DNA from: Faecalibacterium prausnitzii
GTDB taxonomy: Bacteria; Bacteroidota; Bacteroidia; Bacteroidales; Bacteroidaceae
Assembly: GCA_963611255.1 (NCBI GenBank)
Contig: CAVDQB010000002.1
Location: forward strand, 43,375-107,374
Direction of reading: 5' to 3'
Length of the DNA: 64,000 nucleotides
A model generated the notes under the pieces. It saw nothing but the letters and a program-made list of their open reading frames with translations. It did not search any database and had not been told where the DNA came from. Position numbers and translations under genes: made by a program. Shown one piece after another: positions 19,902 to 28,988 of this stretch (position 1 is the first letter of the stretch; the number at the start of each line of letters is the position of its first letter).

Positions 19902-20897
19902 ATGAAACGTATCCAATGGCTACTCTTGGTCCTGCTTGTCGCCGGAACGGTTCTGGTGATACACCTACAGAATACAGCACCCTACCGGCATGACAACGGT
20001 CAAGTATTCGGCACATACTACCGCATCACCTACCAAAATGACCGTGACCTGCACACGGAAATAATGTATGCCTTCAATGAAGTGGATTCTTCACTGTCGA
20101 TGTTCAATCCTAACAGCACCGTGTCAAGAGTCAACCGCAATGAGGACACGGAGGTTGACAGACTGTTCGAGTACCTTTTCCCCCGTGCGCAGAAGATTTC
20201 CGAGCGCACGGATGGGGCGTTCGACATCACGGTAGCACCGCTTGTCAACGCTTGGGGCTTCGGTTTCAAGAAGGACAAATGGCCTTCCAAGCAGACCGTT
20301 GACAGCATCATGGCTTTCGTGGGCCATGGGAAGGTGCGTCTGGAAGACAAAAAGATAAGGAAAGAAGACCCTCGGACGATGATCGACCTCTCCGCCATTG
20401 CGAAAGGCTATGGGGCTGACCGGGTGGCACAAGCACTTGACAGGGCGAAAGTTCGCAACTATCTGATAGAAATAGGAGGCGAGATTGTGGCCAAGGGAAC
20501 GAACGAAAAGGGCGACGATTGGAGGATTGGCGTTGCCAAACCGACAGATGAGACCGGGCAAGAGGGCTACCAGTGCATTCTGCAACTGTCAGGACAAGCC
20601 GTTGCGACAAGTGGCAACTACAGGAATTTCCACTATAAGGACGGCGTGAAATACGCCCACACAATCAACCCGAAGACAGGCTATCCCGTGCAACAGGACA
20701 TCATATCCGCAACAGTAGTGGCATCCGAATGTTATGAAGCGGACGCTTTCGCCACGTCATTCATGGTCATGGGACTGGAGAAAGCCAAGAAAGTGCTCGC
20801 CGCAAACAGGCAACTGGAGGCATACCTTGTGTATATCAGGAATGGCAAGCAACAAGTCTGGATGTCCGAAGGATTCGGGAAATATCTTGTAGAATAA
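19902..20897 (+). CDS. apbE: FAD:protein FMN transferase (ApbE family)
   Basis: ApbE-like motifs AIAKGYGAD and ATSGNYRNF. N-terminal membrane anchor. Confidence 0.85.
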   Translation: MKRIQWLLLVLLVAGTVLVIHLQNTAPYRHDNGQVFGTYYRITYQNDRDLHTEIMYAFNEVDSSLSMFNPNSTVSRVNRNEDTEVDRLFEYLFPRAQKISERTDGAFDITVAPLVNAWGFGFKKDKWPSKQTVDSIMAFVGHGKVRLEDKKIRKEDPRTMIDLSAIAKGYGADRVAQALDRAKVRNYLIEIGGEIVAKGTNEKGDDWRIGVAKPTDETGQEGYQCILQLSGQAVATSGNYRNFHYKDGVKYAHTINPKTGYPVQQDIISATVVASECYEADAFATSFMVMGLEKAKKVLAANRQLEAYLVYIRNGKQQVWMSEGFGKYLVE

Positions 20898-20957
20898 TAT
20901 GTTCGCAAGACCGAGAAACTACTTGTATACGATTCCAATGCTTAACGCGACTGCCGT

Positions 20958-21629
20958 ATGCCGGACTTTCAATTCACCGAAAAACTGCTCAGCACCCCAC
21001 TCTTTCAGGGTATCAGCAAATCCGACCTGCACACCATTGTGGGTTACACCAAGTTCGGGTTCGGCAAACATCGTCCGGGTGAAGTGATAATCAAAGCCGG
21101 CGAGCCTTGCACAAGTATGGTTTTCCTGCTTGACGGCACTGTCAAGGCTGTCACAAATGCGGCGGACAACAGTTATGAAGTCACGGAATACCTCAGTGCG
21201 CCAATGCAAATACAGCCGGAACGGCTGTTCGGCCTGCACCAGACATACACCTCCACATTCCGTGCACAAACAGGCTGCAACACGCTGAACCTCATGAAAA
21301 GCGAAGTGACACACCTCTGCGAGAGGTACGAAGTGTTCCGCATAAACATCATAAACCAACTTGCCACAGAAACCCAAAAGACAAAAGAGCGCAACTGGTT
21401 GTCGGGACGTATTACACTGAGAAGGAGGATTATACGTTTTTTCGCACTTCATTGTCTGCGTCCGGCAGGCGAGAAAACCATCATGATAAGGATGACAGAC
21501 CTTGCAGGAGAGGTCAATGACTCGCGCTTCAATGTGTCACGCGAACTCAACAAACTCCAGGACGATAACCTGATAAGACTGTCAAGAGGCAAGATACACA
21601 TACCTGCCCTCGAACGGCTCTATATGTAA
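20958..21629 (+). CDS. Crp/Fnr-family transcriptional regulator
   Basis: N-terminal cNMP-binding-like beta-roll (LFQGIS...GEVIIKAGEP) and C-terminal HTH (SRELNKLQDDNLIRLSRGKI). Confidence 0.8.
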   Translation: MPDFQFTEKLLSTPLFQGISKSDLHTIVGYTKFGFGKHRPGEVIIKAGEPCTSMVFLLDGTVKAVTNAADNSYEVTEYLSAPMQIQPERLFGLHQTYTSTFRAQTGCNTLNLMKSEVTHLCERYEVFRINIINQLATETQKTKERNWLSGRITLRRRIIRFFALHCLRPAGEKTIMIRMTDLAGEVNDSRFNVSRELNKLQDDNLIRLSRGKIHIPALERLYM

Positions 21630-21732
21630 GTCGGAAACACTTGACGTGTGAGATGAAGCGATTACATATCAGGTTTCCTTTGCAACATAGCCGCTTCAAC
21701 CTGTTCTGATGACAGTTGGGGGTAAACGAAAA

Positions 21733-21762
21733 GTGGACTGTGCCGCAACAGGCACAGTCCAC
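21733..21762 (-). terminator. Terminator of the EF-G paralogue gene (also closes crp)
   Basis: Perfect 12-bp stem GTGGACTGTGCC / GGCACAGTCCAC with a 6-nt loop. The minus strand continues TTTTCGTTT. Confidence 0.75.
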
Positions 21763-21786
21763 ATATTGTCTGAACAGAGCGACAGG

Positions 21787-23946
21787 TTACTCTTCGTCGT
21801 CCTGTTCCTCTTCGTGAGCCTTTATCAGGGCGTTCTGAACATCCGTAGGCACGAGTTCATAACTTGCGAACTTGCTCGAGAAAGAAGCGCGTCCGCCAGT
21901 CAGAGAACTGAGAGCCACTGAGTAATTGGACAGTTCCTTAAGCGGAATCTTTGCCGACAATTTCTGGTAACCGGCCTCTGCGTCCATACCCATTATCATC
22001 GCGCGGCGTCCCTGTAGGTCAGACATGACGTCTCCCATATAGTCTGACGGAACGTAAACCTCGAGGTCATAGATAGGTTCAAGTATCTTCGGGCCTGCAT
22101 TGCGGAACGCTTCGGCAAAGGCTTGTCGAGCGGCAAGCATGAACGAAAGTTCGTTTGAGTCTACCGGGTGCATCTTTCCGTCGTACACAACGACCCTCAC
22201 GTCACGCGCATAAGAGCCTGTAAGCGGTCCGCGCTCCATTCTTTCCATTATACCCTTGAGTATCGCCGGCATGAAGCGGGCATCGATTGCGCCGCCCACA
22301 ACGGAGTTGATGAACACGAGTTTTCCGCCCCATTCGAGGTCTACTTCCTCCTTGCTCTTGATGTTCATCTTGAATTCCTGTCCGTTGAAAGTATAGGACG
22401 TTGGATCCGGCATTCCCTCTGCGTAAGGCTCTACTATCAGGTGTACCTCACCGAACTGACCTGCTCCACCCGACTGTTTCTTATGTCTGTAGTCGGCACG
22501 GGCAGACTTTGTGATTGTCTCACGGTAGGGAATCTTCGGTTCGTCATACTTTATCTGCACCTTTTCGTTGTTCTCTATACGCCACTTGAGGGTGCGCAGG
22601 TGGAACTCACCCTGTCCGTGCACGATGACTTGACGCAGTTCTTTGCTCTGCTCTACAACCCATGTGGGGTCTTCCTGGCGCATTCTCAACAGTATGGACA
22701 TGAGTTTCTCCATATCAGAAGAGTTCACTGCCTTTATCGCACGGGAGTATTTCGGACCGGGATACTTTATGAAGTCGAAACGCTGCTCCACCTCTTTTGC
22801 GTTCAGGGTGTTGCCGGTTTTGACATCCTTCAGTTTGACCGTACAGCCGATGTCACCTGCTTTCATCTCAGGAACTTCTATTCTATTCTGTCCGGCACAG
22901 CAGTAGAGGGTGCTTATTCTCTCCTTTGAACCTCTGTCGGAGTTGGTGAAATCATCGCCGGAATGTACCGTTCCGCTCATCACTTTGAAATATTGCACCT
23001 CACCGATATGCGGCTCCACGGCAGTCTTGAAGAAATAAAGCGATGTCGGTTTTGAGGCGTCTGCCGGCACTTCTTCACCTCTTGTGTTATGCGGAGACGG
23101 CATATCACTGACGAAAGGAACGACATTTCCGAGGAACTCCATCAGTCGTCTCACACCCATATCCTTGCCTGCGCAAACGCAGAAAACGGGGAACATGGAG
23201 CGTGCGGCAAGTCCTTTCCTTATGCCTTCGCGCATCTCGTCTTCGGTCAGTTCTTCCGTTTCAAAGAACTTTTCCATGAGAGTTTCATCGTTTTCCGCGG
23301 CTGCTTCCACGAGTGCTTTGTGCAGTTCGAGAGCCTTAGGTTTCTCCTCTTCAGGGATGTCTTCTATTGTCGGAACTCCTCCATCAGGTCCCCACGAGTA
23401 CTTTTTCATGAGAAGCACGTCGATGAGAGCATTGAATCCGGGACCCTCATTCAGCGGATACTGCACCTGAACGACTTTTGAACCATAGGCATCACGCAGT
23501 TTTTCCACCACCATGTGGTAGTCGCACTTTTCGGAGTCGAGTTGATTGACAAGGAAAATAACAGGTTTTTTGAGTTTCTCTGTATAACGGAAATGGTTCT
23601 GGGTGCCCACTTCCGGACCGCTCTGACCGTTGAGCAGGAGTATGGCTGTATCGGTTACGTTGAGCGCAGTGATGACTTGTCCGATGAAATCATCCGCTCC
23701 CGGGCAGTCGATTATGTTGAGTTTCTTGTTGTTAAACTCACAATGGAAAACAGTAGAGAACACAGAATAGCCGTATTCATGTTCTACCGGGAAATAGTCA
23801 CTGACCGTATTCTGCTGGGTAATTCTGCCTCTGCGCTTGATGATTCCACACTCATAAAGCAATGATTCGGTGAGGGTGGTCTTGCCTGCACCGTCACTTC
23901 CAAGTAACGCAATGTTCTTGATCTCCTCAGTCTGATAAACTTTCAT
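21787..23946 (-). CDS. Elongation factor G paralogue (EF-G2-like translational GTPase-fold protein)
   Basis: 719 aa. G1 GSDGAGKTT, G3 DCPGADDF, G4 NQLD, with EF-G domains II-V recognisable throughout. Confidence 0.85.
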   Translation of the reverse strand: MKVYQTEEIKNIALLGSDGAGKTTLTESLLYECGIIKRRGRITQQNTVSDYFPVEHEYGYSVFSTVFHCEFNNKKLNIIDCPGADDFIGQVITALNVTDTAILLLNGQSGPEVGTQNHFRYTEKLKKPVIFLVNQLDSEKCDYHMVVEKLRDAYGSKVVQVQYPLNEGPGFNALIDVLLMKKYSWGPDGGVPTIEDIPEEEKPKALELHKALVEAAAENDETLMEKFFETEELTEDEMREGIRKGLAARSMFPVFCVCAGKDMGVRRLMEFLGNVVPFVSDMPSPHNTRGEEVPADASKPTSLYFFKTAVEPHIGEVQYFKVMSGTVHSGDDFTNSDRGSKERISTLYCCAGQNRIEVPEMKAGDIGCTVKLKDVKTGNTLNAKEVEQRFDFIKYPGPKYSRAIKAVNSSDMEKLMSILLRMRQEDPTWVVEQSKELRQVIVHGQGEFHLRTLKWRIENNEKVQIKYDEPKIPYRETITKSARADYRHKKQSGGAGQFGEVHLIVEPYAEGMPDPTSYTFNGQEFKMNIKSKEEVDLEWGGKLVFINSVVGGAIDARFMPAILKGIMERMERGPLTGSYARDVRVVVYDGKMHPVDSNELSFMLAARQAFAEAFRNAGPKILEPIYDLEVYVPSDYMGDVMSDLQGRRAMIMGMDAEAGYQKLSAKIPLKELSNYSVALSSLTGGRASFSSKFASYELVPTDVQNALIKAHEEEQDDEE

Positions 23947-24059
23947 GTTGTAATCTATTTGTTTTTTTAGTAATTTAGGTTCTCTGTGGCTAAGGTAGAT
24001 ATTTTTTGTTGAAACGCAAAAGAAAATCGCAGAAATAGGAAAAAATTAGAAGATATTAG

Positions 24060-24067
24060 TATTTTTG
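24060..24067 (+). promoter_or_regulatory. -7 box TATTTTTG for hemW
   Basis: TAnnTTTG match 20 nt upstream of the ATG at 24087. Confidence 0.55.
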
Positions 24068-24086
24068 CAGCCGCTTGATATTTGGC

Positions 24087-25199
24087 ATGGCAGGTTTATA
24101 CATACATATCCCTTTCTGCAAGTCGCGGTGCATCTACTGCGGCTTCTACTCTACCACCCTTGCCGACCGGCAGGACAGGTATGTAGATGCGCTGATCAGG
24201 GAACTGCAACTGCGCAAAGACTATCTCGACGGCGAGCCGATAAATACCGTCTATTTGGGTGGTGGCACTCCAAGCCAACTCTCAACCGACAATATCGTCA
24301 GGCTGTTCCGTCACCTGCCGACACAGGAAGCGGATGGGCGCAATGAGATTACCGTAGAATGTAATCCCGACGATGTGGACGACCGTCTGGCGAAAACGCT
24401 GCGCTCGGTCGGCGTGAACCGAGTTTCCATGGGCGCGCAGACATTCTCCGACGACAGGTTGAGATTTCTCCACCGTCGTCACAAAGCCGCCCAAGTGCAT
24501 GAAGCGGTGGAAATTTTCAGGCGAAACGGCATCTCCAACATCAGCATAGACCTGATGTTCGGCTTTCCGGGCGAAACTTTGGAAGAGTGGACGGCAGACA
24601 TCGACAAGGCCGTAGAGTTGAACGCAGAGCACATATCCGCCTATGGACTGATGTATGAGGAAGGCACTCCGCTCTACGGAATGTTGGAGAAAGGTATGGT
24701 GAAGGACATCGACGAGGAACTGTCAAGGCGTATGTACTACACGCTCATTGACAAACTGGAGGCGGCAGGCTATCATCACTATGAGATAAGCAACTTCTCC
24801 CGACCCGGCCATGAATCGGTTCACAACGGCAACTACTGGAATGGTACGCCCTATATGGGTATCGGTGCAGGAGCACACTCCTACGACCGGCTGTCCCGGC
24901 AGTGGAATATCGCAGACCTTTCCTTATATATAGATAAGGTGGAAAAGGGCGAGATTCCTTTCACGAAGGAAATTCTTGACGAACCGACACGTTATAATGA
25001 CATGGTGACAACTGCCCTCCGCACACGGAAAGGGTTGGAATTGGACAAATGCGGAGACTACAAGGATTACCTCTTAAAGAATGCGCTCAATGCCGTGGAA
25101 CACGGTCTGCTGACTGTGGAAGACGGCTTTGTGAAACTTACGCGCGAGGGACTTTACGTCAGCGACGACGTGATGTCCGACTTGATTTTTACAGTTTGA
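24087..25199 (+). CDS. hemW: Radical SAM heme chaperone HemW (HemN-like)
   Basis: LYIHIPFCKSRCIYCGF (CxxxCxxC). ATG at 24087; the track start at 24075 is a TTG next to the -7 box. Confidence 0.85.
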   Translation: MAGLYIHIPFCKSRCIYCGFYSTTLADRQDRYVDALIRELQLRKDYLDGEPINTVYLGGGTPSQLSTDNIVRLFRHLPTQEADGRNEITVECNPDDVDDRLAKTLRSVGVNRVSMGAQTFSDDRLRFLHRRHKAAQVHEAVEIFRRNGISNISIDLMFGFPGETLEEWTADIDKAVELNAEHISAYGLMYEEGTPLYGMLEKGMVKDIDEELSRRMYYTLIDKLEAAGYHHYEISNFSRPGHESVHNGNYWNGTPYMGIGAGAHSYDRLSRQWNIADLSLYIDKVEKGEIPFTKEILDEPTRYNDMVTTALRTRKGLELDKCGDYKDYLLKNALNAVEHGLLTVEDGFVKLTREGLYVSDDVMSDLIFTV

Positions 25200-26148
25200 C
25201 GCTGGAGATATCTACCAGATTGTTGACTATTGCGTAGATAGTAAGTCCTGCAGGGGTGTGTATCTGGAGTTTTCTGGCAATGTTCCGTCTGTGTGTAATG
25301 ACGGTATTGAGGGCGATGCACAGGTGATCGGCAATCTCCTTGTTGGACATTCCCTGCACCACAGCCACCACAACGTCGCGTTCACGGTCGGAAAGCAGTT
25401 CGAGACTGTCGTTGTTCACGCCTATCATCTTGGAGATGCGGCTCGACACACCCGACTTTTTGCATTTCTGTTCGAGTTGGTTTATTGTCGGCACAAACAG
25501 CTCCTCTTCCACCTCAACGTGCAATGCGAGAAGGTGTTCGGTGTTGAATATGTCGTAGAGAGTGGCCGTCAGGCGGTTGTTGCGCAGCCTGTCATCGGGA
25601 AGATACTTGATGATGATATTCTTCAGTTCGGTCAGTTGGTGGTCGCTTTTGCCGTGATGCTTAGAGTAAGTCTCTACCGGAGAGTGGTGCGAAACCTTGC
25701 CTTCGAGCAGTTTTTCCACAAAAGGGAAGACCGTCTTCTCCTCATACTGCATATGCGATTTGAGAGTGTCGGCATAGTTGTCAAAGAGTTTCAGTATGAG
25801 CAGAGCGAGGTTGTCGTTGGGGTCAAGGGCTTCTGTCAACTCACGACGGATATACGGCAGTTCGAAATCAAGGAAGTAATGGTGTGCGGCACGGAGGTAG
25901 TGGAGTAGCGTTTCGACCGAAAGTTTTCCGATGACACTGTTGTCCTTATAGCCGTTGATGCAGAAATTGACCACCGCAAGGAAAGTAAACGTGTCTACGC
26001 CCTGCTCTTCGCATACTTCGCGTACGGTCTTGTCGCCGAATCCCATCTTTATACCGAAAGACCCCATGACCTGCAATATGCTGTAGTCATCGCGGATTAT
26101 GCTTATCATTTTGTCGTCCGCTTCATACATCTTCATGCTCTTCATCAC
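25189..26148 (-). CDS. LuxR-type (GerE HTH) regulator fused to a RIC/ScdA-like hemerythrin di-iron domain
   Basis: C-terminus LSDRERDVVVAVVQGMSNKEIADHLCIALNTVITHRRNIARKL. The N-terminal 240 aa have ScdA_N-like and hemerythrin-like His/Glu motifs (AAHHYF, HMQYEE, EHLLALHVEVEEE). Confidence 0.7.
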   Translation of the reverse strand: MMKSMKMYEADDKMISIIRDDYSILQVMGSFGIKMGFGDKTVREVCEEQGVDTFTFLAVVNFCINGYKDNSVIGKLSVETLLHYLRAAHHYFLDFELPYIRRELTEALDPNDNLALLILKLFDNYADTLKSHMQYEEKTVFPFVEKLLEGKVSHHSPVETYSKHHGKSDHQLTELKNIIIKYLPDDRLRNNRLTATLYDIFNTEHLLALHVEVEEELFVPTINQLEQKCKKSGVSSRISKMIGVNNDSLELLSDRERDVVVAVVQGMSNKEIADHLCIALNTVITHRRNIARKLQIHTPAGLTIYAIVNNLVDISSVKL

Positions 26149-26170
26149 ACCAATACATTAGTTTACAGTG

Positions 26171-26178
26171 CAAAAGTA
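26171..26178 (-). promoter_or_regulatory. -7 box TACTTTTG for the RIC-LuxR regulator gene
   Basis: The reverse complement of caaaagta lies 23 nt upstream of the start at 26148. Confidence 0.55.
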
Positions 26179-26389
26179 CACTATTTCCGACACAACCCAA
26201 TGGATATTTTACTTTTTGTCACATTTTTGTTGCCGACGGCAAAAGGGCATTTTCATGCGAAACAGACACTCCTGTCATTTTTTCCTTGGCAATGTCACGG
26301 CTATTGCCTAACTTTGTTCCGGGAATGCGCTGCCGCACAACGGTACGGTTCAAGAAAGCGTTTTCTGTTTGCGACTGGTGCAAGACTGA

Positions 26390-26422
26390 AAGTCCCTGCA
26401 CCGTTTTCGCGGCACAGGGACT
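26390..26422 (-). terminator. Hairpin after the lipoprotein gene at 26455-27069
   Basis: 9-bp stem AAGTCCCTG / CAGGGACTT. The T-tract is weak. Confidence 0.4.
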
Positions 26423-26454
26423 TGCCTGTCATTTCAGGAATGAAACATTATCTA

Positions 26455-27069
26455 TCAGTTGTTCTTCTTGCAAAAGAGTTTGAAAGGTACGGCTTTTGAC
26501 AACATGGTCGTCTGATATGTGCCGTCAACATATATGCCAGCCTCGATCAACTGCATCTCCAAGAGGCTCGTAGACGAGCGGTAGACGCCGTAGGAATAGG
26601 AACTGTTCACATAGAAAACAACCTGAACCTTGTGCGAAGAGCCGCCGTATGTCAGATTATATGTCACAGATGTGGGGTTGATAAGGAAAATCACAGGCGT
26701 CAGGCTGTAGTATCCCGTGTAGCACTTTATGTCCACCGGGGCGCAGGAAGCCATGGCTGTCTTGATGTCTTCATTGGAAATGTTGGCAGCCAACAGCGTG
26801 GACGGGAACTGTTTGACGAGGAGAGTGGAGTCCGTACTGATAGACCACGATATGTCGAGGGTGTCATTGACGTATGCCGACTTGTCCTCATTCTGCTTCG
26901 AGTAGACGATTTTTCCGTTATAGTCGCCTTTCACTTGCTGATAGGCAGCCTGTTGTTCTTCGGCTGTAATGCCACTGTCCTCGTTGTTGAGACAGGACGT
27001 GAACACTCCGCAGGCGACGATACAAACGATTGCAAAACCAATAGTCTTGAGTTTTTTCATATTCTTCAT
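26455..27069 (-). CDS. Hypothetical lipoprotein
   Basis: Signal peptide plus lipobox (VACGVFTSC). No recognisable catalytic motif. Confidence 0.6.
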   Translation of the reverse strand: MKNMKKLKTIGFAIVCIVACGVFTSCLNNEDSGITAEEQQAAYQQVKGDYNGKIVYSKQNEDKSAYVNDTLDISWSISTDSTLLVKQFPSTLLAANISNEDIKTAMASCAPVDIKCYTGYYSLTPVIFLINPTSVTYNLTYGGSSHKVQVVFYVNSSYSYGVYRSSTSLLEMQLIEAGIYVDGTYQTTMLSKAVPFKLFCKKNN

Positions 27070-27210
27070 TTTATGTTATACAGTGTTTTCTCTATTCACT
27101 TACATACATTAAACGCAGGAACAACCAAAAACTTGCATCCGAAAAAAAATATTTTTTTCGTGCAAGGAAAAACGTTTTGCGGCATTTAAGGAGTAGCGTA
27201 CAGACAAGCA

Positions 27211-27768
27211 ATGGATATTCTGGCGACAGACAAAGAACAGCAAATACTGCGGCAATTCAAGCGGGATTACAATTCCGCAATGGACGTGCTGTATGCCGAA
27301 TATGCCGGTTATCTCGCCGCCGTGTGCGCCAGATACATCGCCAATGACGATGACTTGAAGGACGTGCTCCAGGAATCGCTGATAAAGATATACACTCAAA
27401 TCAGCACATTCCAATACCGCGGAAAAGGTTCACTCAAGGCGTGGATGAGCCGTATCGTGGTGAACGAGAGTCTGCAGACGTTGCGGCGCAACAGGAAAAA
27501 CGCAGTCTTCGTCGACAAGGAACCGCCGGATATGCCGGAGGAAGAACCCGACACCGACGGAATGAACGCCGACGAGATGACGGAAATCATAAGGTCATTG
27601 CCAGACGGTTACAGAATGGTGTTCAACCTGTATGTAGTGGAGGGCAAAAGCCACAAGGAGATTGCCGAGATACTCGGCATCAAACCAGACACCTCGGCAT
27701 CACAGTTACACAGGGCGAAGAACATCCTCGCGCGACTGATAACACAATATAAACGAAGCAAGCTATGA
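27211..27768 (+). CDS. ECF-type RNA polymerase sigma-70 family factor
   Basis: Region 2 (AEYAGYLAAVCARYI..DLKDVLQESLIKIY) and region 4 (LPDGYRMVFNLYVVEGKSHKEIAEILGI). Confidence 0.85.
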   Translation: MDILATDKEQQILRQFKRDYNSAMDVLYAEYAGYLAAVCARYIANDDDLKDVLQESLIKIYTQISTFQYRGKGSLKAWMSRIVVNESLQTLRRNRKNAVFVDKEPPDMPEEEPDTDGMNADEMTEIIRSLPDGYRMVFNLYVVEGKSHKEIAEILGIKPDTSASQLHRAKNILARLITQYKRSKL

Positions 27769-28970
27769 ACGACAACTGGACTAAAGACATCAAACGGCTT
27801 GCGGAAAACCACGTCCGCAATGTTCCGGAAGGGCTGCTTGACGACGTCAAGAGTGAGATGCTGCGCCGTGGACTGATGCCAACGGCACAGCCGACAAAGG
27901 TCGTGGCACTGCGCAGATGGCGGTATGCAGCCGCAGCGGCAGTGGTGGCAATCGTTGCAGGAATCGGTCTGACCACATTCCGGCACACCGACAGCGGCAA
28001 CATTGCCGCCGTCATCAAAACGCAAAAGAACGTTCCCGACACAGAAATCCCCATAACCGACGTGCAGGTAAGCGGCATCACAGAGAAACTCATCGCCCAA
28101 GTGGCAAGGCGTGCAGCGGCAGCCGACAAGGAGCGTTCCGCACTTCATGACATCACAGCACCACAACCTGCTGACACTACCGTTCTCGTTGCGCAGAACG
28201 AAACGCCACAGCCGACCAACAAGCCGCAGCCACACCACACGGTGGGGAGCACAAGTCGTGACAACACACCACACACACCGACACGCCGCAGGGATTCCTC
28301 ATGGAGCGTAGGAGCATACTGCGGAGGTGCCGCAAATGCGAACCCGGCAGAAATGAACCCTGTATTCATGACACAATGTGACGGATATGGAGTTTCATCA
28401 CCTGTCTATTTCGACAGCAAGAGTCAGGCTCAGATGAAAGAAATAGGAAACAAAAAGGAATCACATCACCAGACAGTGAAAGTAGGAGTATCACTTCGCT
28501 ACAACCTCGACAGCAGGTGGAGCCTACAGACAGGTGTCACATATACTCGTCTGACATCCGACTTCACGGAGGAAACGGGTGCAACAACAGTTGACACGAA
28601 ACAGAAACTCGACTATATAGGCATACCTCTCAACGTCAGTTACAACATCTGGCAGAACAGCCACCTTATTATATATGCTACCGCAGGCGGCGCTGTGGAG
28701 AAACTGGTCAGCGGTGCAGCCACAACGGAAACGGCGGCTTCACCAACTCAAAAGACACTTTCCAGTAACAGTGTAACGGAGAACCGTCCTGTCTTCAGCG
28801 CCAGTCTTGCCGCCGGAATAGAATACAAGGCGAACCAATACCTCAGTGTCTATGCCCAGCCCGGTGTCACCCGACACTTTGACAACGGCAGCGGCATAAA
28901 GTCAATCTACACCGACAAGCCTCTCAATATGGAACTCAATCTCGGCGTAAGGATAAACATCAACAAATAA
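27765..28970 (+). CDS. Putative anti-sigma factor with one TM helix and a C-terminal outer-membrane beta-barrel-like domain
   Basis: ATGA overlap with the sigma gene. TM segment YAAAAAVVAIVAGIGLTTF, a Pro/Thr/Gln-rich linker, then about 190 aa of alternating beta-strand pattern (VGVSLRYNL, WSLQTGVTYTRL, LSVYAQPGVTRHF). Confidence 0.65.
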   Translation: MNDNWTKDIKRLAENHVRNVPEGLLDDVKSEMLRRGLMPTAQPTKVVALRRWRYAAAAAVVAIVAGIGLTTFRHTDSGNIAAVIKTQKNVPDTEIPITDVQVSGITEKLIAQVARRAAAADKERSALHDITAPQPADTTVLVAQNETPQPTNKPQPHHTVGSTSRDNTPHTPTRRRDSSWSVGAYCGGAANANPAEMNPVFMTQCDGYGVSSPVYFDSKSQAQMKEIGNKKESHHQTVKVGVSLRYNLDSRWSLQTGVTYTRLTSDFTEETGATTVDTKQKLDYIGIPLNVSYNIWQNSHLIIYATAGGAVEKLVSGAATTETAASPTQKTLSSNSVTENRPVFSASLAAGIEYKANQYLSVYAQPGVTRHFDNGSGIKSIYTDKPLNMELNLGVRININK

Positions 28971-28988
28971 AACTAAACACAAAGACAA

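Noticed and set aside
21787-23946. Tet(Q)/Tet(M)-type ribosomal protection protein instead of EF-G.
   Set aside because: The length (719 aa versus about 640-660) and the EF-G2-like N-terminus (GAGKTTLTESLLY...DCPGADDF) argue for an EF-G paralogue. There is also no mobile-element context. This is not formally excluded without a phylogeny.
26200-26499. 99-aa plus-strand ORF and a TAACTTTG-like box (26309-26316) in the gap between the LuxR-type and lipoprotein genes.
   Set aside because: The ORF has no motif and runs into the convergent lipoprotein gene. The -7-like box has no -33 partner and no convincing terminator, so a second sRNA call is not supported.
27117-27150. GGAAC-N15-TCCGAAA as an autoregulated ECF promoter upstream of the sigma gene.
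   Set aside because: Only the -35-like GGAAC is convincing. The -10 part does not match a known ECF consensus that I can name, and the spacing to the ATG (about 70 nt) is not informative.
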